NCBI GenBank assembly: GCA_024137785.1
Contig: JAHRHZ010000030.1
Coordinates: forward strand, 29,483,382-29,547,381
Reading direction: 5' to 3'
Origin: Ginglymostoma cirratum
Lineage: Eukaryota
DNA: 64,000 nt
Position numbers and translations under genes: made by a program. Shown here piece by piece: positions 11,797 through 21,509 of the stretch (the first letter of the stretch is position 1; the number at the start of each line of letters is the position of its first letter). The notes under the pieces are model-generated. The model had not been told where the DNA came from. It did no database searches and worked only from the letters and a program-made list of their open reading frames with translations.

Positions 11797-11886
11797 CTTA
11801 TATGCTTTTGTGAAATATTCAGAATTGTTCCCTTTCGTTTTTATAAATTTTACTAGAAAAGGTTCTGGCTTTGCAGAGCTCGGCAT
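11797..11886 (-). CDS. TOPBP1: TOPBP1 first coding exon (exon starts at 11895, ATG at 11886)
   Basis: MPSSAKPEPFLVKFIKTKGNNSEYFTKAYK; acceptor TTTAG|ATTGTGAAAATG, donor AAG|GTTGGT; 90 coding nt. Confidence 0.93.
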
Positions 11887-12565
11887 TTTCACAATCTAAA
11901 CTTGGAGAAAAAAAATGTCAAAAGGTATTTAAAGTCTCTCAATATCAGGACAAAAAAGTTGTTTGGAAACTACCACAGTGACTATAATTCAAAAGTATTT
12001 AAATGGCTGCAAACCACTTTAAGACTTCTAAAGTCATGAAAGATTCTACATAAACGAAACTTTTTCCTTTGTCTCTTTCAATTTAAGAGTAAATCTGACC
12101 TTTGAATATCACTGAACACTGTGGAAATATAAGCATTAAAATTTGCAATTGTATTGAACAGACCCATGACAACTTCTGCATTACGTTCTGCTTGTAAGCC
12201 AAGATAATTCAATATTTTCCTCTAGTTCCATGTAGAGCAAATTCTGTTAAAAGATCAATGACTGCAGAATTGCTAAATTTCTCTTCAAGTAAGTAACACA
12301 ACACCGGGCAATAGCTTACCATTGCTAATCATTAAAAAATACTTCTCTCTGCTGGAATTTTGAAATTAAATGCTGGAAATGTTAAAATTAGATCAGGAAA
12401 ATTGTTATCCCAGCTACATCTCACTCCAGATACTGCCCAGCCTGAATATTTCCACAATTTTCTGGGTAATTTTACAGATGCAACCCACAATCTGAAAAGA
12501 GTCAGGTGCATTCAGCCTAACTGGAACAATATGATTCCAACAAAGTCTGACATACAATTTAGTCT

Positions 12566-13135
12566 AGTACAGCATTGAAACAGACCCTTCGGTCCAACTC
12601 GGCCATGCCGACCAGATGTCCTAAACTAATCTCTAAACTAGTCCCATTTGCCAGTATTCAGCCCATATCCCTTTAAATCCTTCCTATTCATATACCCATC
12701 CAGATGCCTTTTAAATATTGTAATTGCACCAGCCTCCAACACTTCCTCTGGCAGTTCATTCCATATACGCATCATCGCCTGTGTGAAAAAGTTGCTCCTT
12801 TGGTCCATTTTAAATCTTTCCACTCTCAACTTAAAGCTATGCCCTCTAGTTTTGGACTCCGCTATCCTGGGAAAAATATCTTGGGTATTCACCCTATCTA
12901 TGTTCCTCATGATTTTATAAACTTCTATAAGGTCATCCCTCAGTCTCCAATGCTCCAGGGAAAACAGCCCCAGCCTATTCAGCCTCTCCCTATAGCTCAA
13001 ACCCTCCAACCCTGGTAACATCTTGTAAATCTTTACTGAACCCTTTCAAGTTTCAGAACATTCTTCCTATAGCAGGGAGATCAGAACTGAACACAGTATT
13101 CCAAAAGTGGCCAACCAATGTCCTGTGCAGCCACA
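12566..13135 (-). mobile_element. CR1-type LINE 3' fragment
   Basis: ORF 12638-13021 MLPGLEGLSYRERLNRLGLFSLE..RLRDDLIEVYKIM...WNELPEEV is a CR1 ORF2 C-terminus. Confidence 0.92.
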
Positions 13136-14159
13136 ACAATGATGATTTGTACACCAAATTTCTATTTATCCTTCAATGAAATGGCAGTGTTTGGTCTACA
13201 GCTGCATTACCAATTAGCTTTATGGTGAGAGACATCAAAACTGCTTAATAAACAACCTGTACAAGAGCAAATACAAAAATATATTTACACATAAAGCACT
13301 TTCTGAATACTGCTTGCTATCTTGCTTAAATACTACGTATTTGAAGCCTTTGAAAACTCTGAATACCCAACCTCCCACAGTTATTTCAGCAGTAGTGCTG
13401 GAGCTGTCCTAAACATTTCATAGCATATTGTTATACATCCAATCATATGACATTCACTGTGAAATATGAGCTGCAAACATTCTTACTGTCAGCAATTCCT
13501 GAAACCAATTAATGAATGCAGCCAGTTCCCGTTACTCGAGGAAATTTAGCACAATAACTGTATACAATAAGCCTCTTTAGTGTCAATTCCAGAAATGGTT
13601 ATAAATGTGACAATAAAGTCAAATGAAATCAAGAGCATTTTTATGCAGATGCAGTCTGTTTAACTGAAGCGTAAACACAAGTGGTGTTGGTCACGTACCG
13701 GAATCTGTTTTCAACTTTATATTATACATCAAAGCTTGATTATTTCTAGGTTTACAATTTTGTTTTTCAACGAAAATGGTCTGGCATTCTGGATGGTGCT
13801 GCCTCCTAAATAACTGAATTTACTCATGCAAATAGAAATACATTTGACAATAAAACTGCATGTATTGAAAAAGAATGCAGAATATTTTATCACTTATTCA
13901 TTAAGCTGATATGACTGAAAGATCTAAATAGAAGACTATACATTTAGTTCACAGTTCAAAACAAGATGGTCATTTGTTACAGTAATGGCATATCACTGTT
14001 TCTGACTTTACAGTATTGGGAAAATAATTCCTTCCGTTAAAAGGAGTCAACACAGTAAAGGTAGAAAGTACCTCAAGTCTTCCAAAAAGATCCAGACACA
14101 CTACATTAGTTATTCAGTCTTTACTAGTCTCATTGCAAAAAAAATAAAGCTGATCAATG

Positions 14160-14800
14160 TTGGGGGAGTTGGCGGCAATTAGGATGGGGGGTGCGGGTGG
14201 GGGCGGTAATAAGAGAGTGGGGAATGTGGGGGAATGAGAACAAGGCTCCCTTAGCCCCCGGTCACTCGAACCCACCTACAGCGGCTGCCGGACTCCCAGG
14301 GAAGATGCTCCAGGAAAAGAGGCATCAAAGCTGGGCCCCGGCCTCTCCCGGAAAATTTCTCTCCTCTCCCGACCCCTTCCTCTCTCTCTCTCTCCCCCCG
14401 AGCCCGAGCCCCAGCCCCAGCCCCTCTCCCTCTCCCTCTCCCACTCCCAGGCCCTTTCTCTCTCTCCCTCCGCCTCCTGCGGCCCCGGTGACCGGCTCCA
14501 GCTGCCGACCTCGGTTACCCGGGAAACGAGAATTGCCGCCTCACCGCCTCATCAAGAGTCGCGGGTCTAACACATCTTTACACTGCCCCAAACACTGACC
14601 CCTGTTTACGAATTTAATTTTCTATGCTTCAAAACAAACATTCTCGTTTCCCGCTCCGAGTGATTTCACTAAATACTGAAGGGCCCTCGGGCACATTTGT
14701 GGACGCAAAAGGTTTAGGGGGTCCTGAAGAAAAAGGCGGGAGACTGGGAACGGAAGGGGATCATGTGACTGAGAGCAAACCCGGAAGTAGCTGAGGCACC
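14160..14800 (-). promoter_or_regulatory. CpG/GC-rich TOPBP1 promoter and non-coding first exon region
   Basis: Only clearly GC/CpG-rich island in the window, ~2.3 kb upstream of the ATG exon. E2F-type TTTCCCGC 14647-14654, GGCGGGAG 14735-14742, E-box TCATGTGAC 14761-14769, ETS CCGGAAGT 14781-14788. Exon-1 donor uncertain (candidates near 14275, 14508, 14517, 14544). Confidence 0.8.
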
Positions 14801-15787
14801 ACATTTGGAGTATTGCGTACATAGGAAAGAATATAAATGCTTCAGAAAAAGTTTAGAGAAGGTTCATTTGACTGATTCGTGGGAGTGAATGGGTTCGCCT
14901 CTGCTTCATTTTGAGGGGTTCACAAACCTGTATCCACCACTATTTACGTACATAGCTTTGGCTAACCCAGGCGCAATCTGCTGATTTGGTCATCCAGGCC
15001 ATGAAAATCTTTGAACAAACATAATCCAAAGATAGGTCTTGAAAATTTATTACTTAGTTCCTAAATTTATGGGCTATGACCATTTGCTTTAGCCGCTTCT
15101 TTCATTGTGTCCTTAGAAAGATAGTTTGTTGACACACTAGTCTTGCAAACAAAATGGTCTTTGTGCTTTGTAACATGTTATTACCAGATGGCACCAGATA
15201 CTTAAATAAAAGTTAAATACTTCAAGGATACTGGAAATCTGAAATAAAAACAAAGGGCTGAGGAGTTAGGTTTGTGGAGAGAGAAACAGTTAATGTTTCA
15301 AGTGCAGTATGTCTTATTCAATACCACACGCTTAGTTCTGCCAATTCTCTTTTATAGATCATGGTTAGTCTGCTGCTTCCTCCTCTGCTGTAGTGACTGC
15401 CCTTCAAAATTTTTGATCCACCACTAAAAGTGGTGTATTTCCTGTAATTTGCATAGCATATATTTGAATTACTTTACTCTTACTCGAATCTCGTTATACA
15501 AGAATCCCACGCATATTGGGCATACTCCAGGATTGGATGAACAAATATTTGGTAAGCTATAATGTACTGATTTTTGCTATGCAACATCAAAGGTTCGTCC
15601 TCAGAAATCCAAAACCCCTGTTTTGCTTAGGATATTGTATGCTAAATGTAGAACCATAATTGAAGATTGATTTTAAGATGAACCTTCGTACATAGTTGTG
15701 CATCTACCCATTGCAGAATTTGATTACAGAACTTTTGTCAGTTGATGGATCCTTTTATTTCATAAACACATACAAGAAAGCAATTTG

Positions 15788-16010
15788 TCAGAACTGAATG
15801 CTTTCTCCCATTGGTCCTGCGATTCCTTGCAAGATGATTTGTTGGAATTGATACAATCTTGAGTTCTTCCCTGATGCATAAACTATACAGTCAACTGCAA
15901 AACCCTGGTTTCTTTTAACCTGGTTGAGAAGGTTATTTACATATCCTAAGAAAACTAAAGGTACCATCATGTTACCCTGCCCAGTTGGACAGGATGATTC
16001 CCCATCATAC
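15788..16010 (-). mobile_element. Ancient non-LTR RT fragment (FADDC-type)
   Basis: TGQGNMMVPLVFLGYVNNLLNQVKRNQGFAVDCIVY resembles GVPQG.VLGPLLFLIYINDL...RLFADDCIVY. Confidence 0.5.
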
Positions 16011-16177
16011 ATCAGTGCCTTCTATTGGCAGGTCCAAACTAATCATGTCACCCTAATTCCATAGTAATAAAGTTCGGACAAAAGCTTTTCACGAGTAACT
16101 TAGTGAAAAGTTTTTCAGAAATCTAGTTTTGGCACATGAGGAGCTTCATCTCTTTCAAATCTTGAAGTTAGGTCCTC

Positions 16178-16530
16178 CGGGGCAGCACAGGAGCCAGCTG
16201 TACTGCCTCACAGCACCAGGGACCCAGGTTTGGTTCCAGCCTCAGGCGACCGTCTGTGGAGTTTGCACATTCTCCCCATGACTGCATGGGCTTCCTACAG
16301 GTACTCCAGTTCCTCCCATAGTCCAAAGATATGCGGTTTAGGTGGATTTACCATGCTAAATTGCCCCATAGTGTTTGGGGATATGTAGATTATATGGATC
16401 AATCCTGAGAAATTCAGAGTGAGTGGGGGGCAGGGGGGATGGACGAATGTAGGAGTCGTCTGGGTGGGATGCTCTTCCGAAAGTCACTGTGGACTGGAGC
16501 TGAAGGGCCTGTTTCCATGGAGTAGGGATT
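16178..16530 (+). mobile_element. HE1/V-SINE-type SINE
   Basis: tRNA-like head ACTGCCTCACAGCACCAGGGACCCAGGTTTGGTTCC, V-domain TGTGGAGTTTGCACATTCTCCCC...TCCTCCCATAGTCCAAAGAT, CR1-like tail GAAGGGCCTGTTTCC. Confidence 0.85.
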
Positions 16531-16649
16531 TAAAAAAGCTGTGTTTCGGTTAATCATTTGATCAAAAACACCCCAAATGATTACAAGCTTCATGGCAAGA
16601 ATAAACAATATGAACAAGCAGTTTGAATAATATCACAAAGTCATGATAT

Positions 16650-17235
16650 TGGCAAATGGGACAAGATTAATTTAGGATATCTGGTCAGCATGGATGAGGG
16701 TCTGTTTCTGTGCTGTACATCTATGACTTGAATTCTGGTCTCCATCCTATAGGCCAGATGTTGTGAAACTTGAAAGGGTTCAGAAAAGATTTACAAGGAT
16801 GTTGCCAGGGTTGTAGGGTTTGAACTACAGGGAGAGGCTGAATAAGCTGGGGGTTTTTTCTCCACTCAACCTCAGTCACTCTGGGAGTGACCTTAGAGGT
16901 TTATAAAATCATGAAGGGTATGGATAGGGTGAATAGCCAGGGTAGCAGAGTCCAAATCTAGAGGGCATAGGTTAAAGGTGAGGGGGGAAAGATTTAAAAG
17001 GGATGTAAGGGGCAATTTTTTCATGCAGAGGGTGTCACATATGTGGAATGAGCTGCCAGAGGAAGTGATTGAGGCTGGTACAATTACAACATTTATGAGG
17101 AATGCAGATGGCTACATGAATAGAAAAGGGTTTAGAGGGATATGGAACAAATGAGACTATATTTAGTAGATCTTGTTGACATGGACTAGTTGGACTGAAC
17201 AGTCTATTTCCATGCTATACCTTCTCTATGACTAT
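16650..17235 (+). mobile_element. CR1-type LINE 3' fragment(s)
   Basis: Reverse-complement homolog of 12566-13135 (GAAAGGGTTCAGAAAAGATTTACAAGGATGTTGCCAGGG...TGGAATGAGCTGCCAGAGGAAGTG). Confidence 0.9.
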
Positions 17236-17604
17236 ACAGTACAGGAGGCCATTGCCCCATAGTGCCGGTATGTGCTTTATAAGCTAGTGCTAATCCCCTC
17301 TCTTTTCCCATATCCCTGCATTTGTAACTTATAGTCATGTTCTGGCTGAAATTTCTACTCATCTTTAAATAAGCAATTTCTTTCCTATTGGTCTGGTGAG
17401 TACTATAAAACATTTGTTATAAACATATTGGTAATGGGGAGATATACATATAAAAAGTAACCTCCACGAATAACGTTCAAGGAGAGTTGGTAATCTAGTG
17501 ATAGACCAGCAACTGGCTAACACCAGAAAAAAAAAGGGAGCACATAAACACACCTTATCTCATGTTTAAGGAATAAATTGCAAAACAATCACAGGAGGGC
17601 ACTC

Positions 17605-17754
17605 AAGATAATAGGAACTGCAGAAGCTGGAGAATCCGAGATAACAAGGTGTGGAGGTGGATGAACACAGCAGGCCAAGCAGCATCGTAGGAGCAGGAAA
17701 GCTTAACGTTGCGGGCCTAGACTCTGCTGTATTCATCCAACTCCACACCTTGTT
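17605..17754 (-). mobile_element. Second-subfamily palindromic Penelope-derived mini-element with 17-bp TSD
   Basis: Arms GATAACAAGGTGTGGAGGTGGATGAACACAGCAG / CTGCTGTATTCATCCAACTCCACACCTTGTTATC; direct repeat ATCACAGGAGGGCA(C/T)TC at 17588-17604 and 17755-17771. Confidence 0.75.
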
Positions 17755-18504
17755 ATCACAGGAGGGCATTCTATTGAGATATTGGGACCCAGTAGGCTAA
17801 AGGTGGAAAAGCTAAAGTCAAAGGAGACAGGTCATAAGGCAAAGTGGAAGTTAGACTTACTGAGAGCAGGAGATACTGTTTGGCCATGGGATGGTCTAAA
17901 ATACATGGCTTAAAACACCTCCTCTAGGTGGCACAAAGAGCACACGTTCACCGAGCAAACTGGCATCACTTGGAAGTGATTGCTGCATTTCAATCAGTTG
18001 CAAAGATGGTAAATTACACTCAGTTCCTCCTAAGTATTGCATTCATACTTCCAATAAATTGTCCCCAGTTTCTTGGGTAAATTACCCAAATTAGCCATTT
18101 TGGCATCATAACAACTGTTTAGTTAATGTCACTGACCACCTTTCAAATGCAAAGAAAATGATAACTTACTGCCTTTACCTTCCATAAATTACATTTCTCA
18201 ATATATTTGCACATTTAATGGTTAGTAATGTCAAAAGGTAAGAATTTCCAATTTGCTAAAAAGAATTAGAAGGTAGGTCTCAATGAGTTTGGATTCAAAA
18301 CAAAGTCCATCACTATTCAGCCATTCAGCTTGTGGAACTTTTCAGTCATATCAATGAAGCATATGTGTCTTGCTAAGATATGCTTGGGAGTGAATCGTCG
18401 TTTTGTTTTGCTGACCTACAGGAAAACCTGTGAACTGACTGCTGAATACCTTGTCTTTCCATTTGACTATGCAAGTTTTAAATAAAAACGGGAGACTGCA
18501 AGGT

Positions 18505-18975
18505 GCAAGTGATAAAAACGGAAAATGCTGGAAAACTCAGGTCTGGCAGCATCTGTGGATAGAGAAACAAAGTTAATGTTTCAAGTCTACTGACTCTTCA
18601 GAACTGAAGTCATATTGGACTCAAAAGCATTAACTGTCTGTCTGTCTGTCTCTCCACAAGTACTGCATGCAATAATGCTGTGAATTTAAGGGGTTATTTT
18701 GTCCTGGTTTTTTTTCTGAAGAGGTTTTAAGACAGAGTTCTGAGCAGTTCACCAGAACCATGAGTAGACAGCTCGAGGCCTTGGACTCCCACAGAACCAG
18801 GATCTTTAGTTTAGCTTTCAGCAGAAGCTGCTGGGTTTGTTAAAAGCTGCCACATCTCTGCTACATCTGAAAGCTGGGAGTTCTCTTTCAAAATTGTCTT
18901 TTGATGTTCTTTCCTCCCAGACTGGAGTTTTGTTTCCATTTCAGGTTTCCTGCCTCTGCAGTATTTTAATTTTGT
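18505..18975. mobile_element. Palindromic Penelope-derived mini-element interrupted by another repeat (~18670-18925)
   Basis: AATGCTGGAAAACTCAGGTCTGGCAGCATCTGTGG...; minus strand AGTT-CTGAAGA-GTC-AGTA-GAC..GAAACATT-AACT at ~18571-18605; tail resumes at ~18927. Confidence 0.65.
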
Positions 18976-19669
18976 TTCAGATTTTGTGATGTCAGATGAT
19001 TAGAACAAGTTAAAATATGAAAGGTCAGACCAACCTCAAAAATGGAAAGAGCATCACGTCACATTTTTCTCAATTGAAGAAAAGTTGAGCTAAATCACAA
19101 GATTTAATCTGACTGTTACCCATGTTGTTTTGTTACATATAAACCATTAAGTTTCAACCTGCCCAGTGTTTGAGCTTGCTTCTAGAAAACTGGCAGGAGC
19201 CTATCCAAAGATGTAATTTCCAGCTCAGATCTCATGCTACATCCCTGGAGAACACAATTAGATTATGGGCACCACAGACTCAACTCAGTAATACTGAACA
19301 CTCCAAATGATTTGCAAGAATTATCCACAGTGTTGCATCAAACCAGTCATGTATTGAGGTCATTTCCTGATGAAACTCAAAAGGATTTTAAAACATGCTG
19401 GAGGAATGGACTGAATGCCTTAAGTCTTCATTAAAGCTGTAAAGAAAGATTGAATCAAATCTACTAAATATATGCACCTGCATCAGCTGCACACCAGCTT
19501 CTTTGAATTGTACACTTCAAAATGTCTGAGTCATGTTGTATAGGATGTTTACAGGAGACAATGTAGAAATAAACACTCAGAGGAAAGCACAAAGGAAAAA
19601 GTCAGATTGTGGAGGATTGCACTGAATATTTGACAATACTACTTTTTAGGCAGGCCCTCATTATGACCA

Positions 19670-20030
19670 TTTTCCTCACTGGTATTGTGGGTCCTGAAGT
19701 TACTGAACAGTCCAATGCTAGATGCATACATTCTGCCACAGGCAGGACATGTGACGTTTGAGAAGATGGGTGGCTGGAATGTCGAGGTTTGAATATTACT
19801 TCTCTTTGTGCTCGTCTTTTACCTGGGCTTGTGGGGGATGTTCGCAATAGTTGGGACCTTTGCAGACTCTTCTCCAATTTGGATGGTCTTGTGCGAGAGA
19901 TTCCTGAGTTAGTGGGATGTTGCATTCTCTCTCCCAGGAAATTGAGGACATCTTTGAAATATTTCCTTTGCCTCCCTGATAATCACTTGGTGTGCCAAAG
20001 ATCAGAGTAGAAGCTTGCTTTCGAAGTCTT
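19670..20030 (-). mobile_element. RTE-clade LINE 3' fragment
   Basis: Frameshifted ...CNIPLTQESLAQDHPNWRRVCKG... plus C-terminal CPAC-like/IGL.S motif typical of RTE ORF ends. Confidence 0.7.
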
Positions 20031-20404
20031 ATGCCAGGCACGCAGACAATGGTATTACCTCCCTTAACCTCTAGCTCTTGCTCCTTAGTTAAGCAGCTCT
20101 TTGGAATCCTAACCAAATTTCTTTCTTTGCCATTTCTCCTAATATCTCCTCCTTATGCAGCTGTTAGATTTTTCCCATTAACGTTCTTCTGAATCACCTC
20201 AGAACATTTTATAGGTATTATACATATGCAAGCAGCAAAACCACTTCTCAAAACAAGCTGAAATGGAAATTTTGGTAATAAAGATTACGAGACTGGAATT
20301 CTCATAAGCTTCAAAATACCAATCTAAGATAAGTAAACAAACCAGATCAGTACTGCATAGATGGTACAATGTTACACACTTCAGGATGCTAATTCCCTTT
20401 GTAC

Positions 20405-20410
20405 TTTATT
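20405..20410 (-). terminator. Probable DNAJC13 polyadenylation signal AATAAA
   Basis: tttatt on + strand ~700 nt past the stop, at the end of an AU-rich UTR-like tract with several TGTA motifs just upstream. Confidence 0.65.
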
Positions 20411-21114
20411 CTTAAAATTTTATGTACAAGTAGGACTGATTTACTATTGTACATTCAAATATAGAAAGTTTACACATTGGTATTATATAGCACAGGTCAC
20501 AATTACACTAAGTATTTATAATATGTGAATGTCCAAGTTAGCATTTTTCTGAAACTCTCTCTCAATCAGAAATAGAAGGCAGTTATACAATGCTTTACAA
20601 TGATGTTGTACTAAGCTGACTCATTAAAGATTAGCAAGCTTAATCAGCAGTGGTCCTTGGCCTGATCTAGGAAACTGGTTAAATTAATGGAAACGTTGCT
20701 TTCCACAAAACCTTGCCTCCTATCGTGCCTTAAAATGGCAGCCAGGGAGATTTGTAGTTGGATAAAGATTTCATCCTTGTGCTACCCTATAAACACAAAA
20801 ACTGTAAACGGTCAACTGCAAAATTAAGAAAAAAATCCAGTATTTAGATTCACAGTCAGAGATACCAGGTGCAAAGAGAGAATACTTGAGTCTTCTATCT
20901 CTGATCCATACTATTTTTAAAATGAACAGATTGGGTCACTTGTAAAAATTACTTTACAAATAAAAACGAGAGAGCATTACGTTTGCAAATGCAACAAGTG
21001 GGAGAAGAAAGTTCACTTCTTTATAGTTGTATTTGTTCAGAGGGTCGTAGTAAAAGTGAGTGGTTCATGACTGCAACTGGTTCAATCTTCAAGGCAAGGA
21101 GTGTAGATCTCATT

Positions 21115-21215
21115 TCATCTGGCCAGGTCAACCACTTCATTATCTACAGGGGGTGGTCCACTGGGGATTACTGTTGACATTGCCCCTGAAGTAAGATAGC
21201 CAGCAATCCCAGGGC
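21115..21215 (-). CDS. DNAJC13: DNAJC13 last coding exon
   Basis: (G)PGIAGYLTSGAMSTVIPSGPPPVDNEVVDLAR*; TCTAG| acceptor; TGA at 21117-21115. Confidence 0.93.
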
Positions 21216-21307
21216 CTAGATCAAAACGAAATAAAAAGTTGAAAACATTTCTTGATTTTAGCATTACAAAACACACAGGGTAGCCTGGGTTATAGCCACA
21301 GACCAGT

Positions 21308-21509
21308 ACAAAAACATATTGCCGGAAAAGCTCAGCAGGTCTGGCAGCATCTGAGAAGAGAAATTAGAGTTAACATTTTGGGTCTGGTGACCCTTCCAGA
21401 CCCAGAACTTTAACTAATTTCTCTTCATAGATGCTGCCAGACCTGCTAAGTTTTTCCAGCAATCTGTTTTTGTTTCTGATTTACAGCATCTGCAGTTCTT
21501 TTGGTTTTT
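21308..21509 (+). mobile_element. Palindromic Penelope-derived mini-element (hammerhead core deleted at the junction)
   Basis: Arms GGAAAAGCTCAGCAGGTCTGGCAGCATCT... / ...AGATGCTGCCAGACCTGCTAAGTTTTTCC plus a 36-nt tail nearly identical to that of the 4259 copy. Confidence 0.8.

Larger units (their letters stand above)
728..11886 (-). other. TOPBP1: TOPBP1 gene, 5' coding part (9 coding exons, ~502 codons, N-terminal BRCT repeats); continues beyond window start
   Basis: Spliced exons give MPSSAKPEPFLVKFIK...[11 protein letters not shown]...[17 protein letters not shown]...[22 protein letters not shown], matching the vertebrate TOPBP1 N-terminus as recalled; all junctions are GT/AG and phases join. 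Confidence 0.97.

Noticed and set aside
14191-14598. 135-aa Pro/Ser-rich + strand ORF
   Set aside because: GTG start; a low-complexity by-product of the GC-rich promoter with no recognisable domain.
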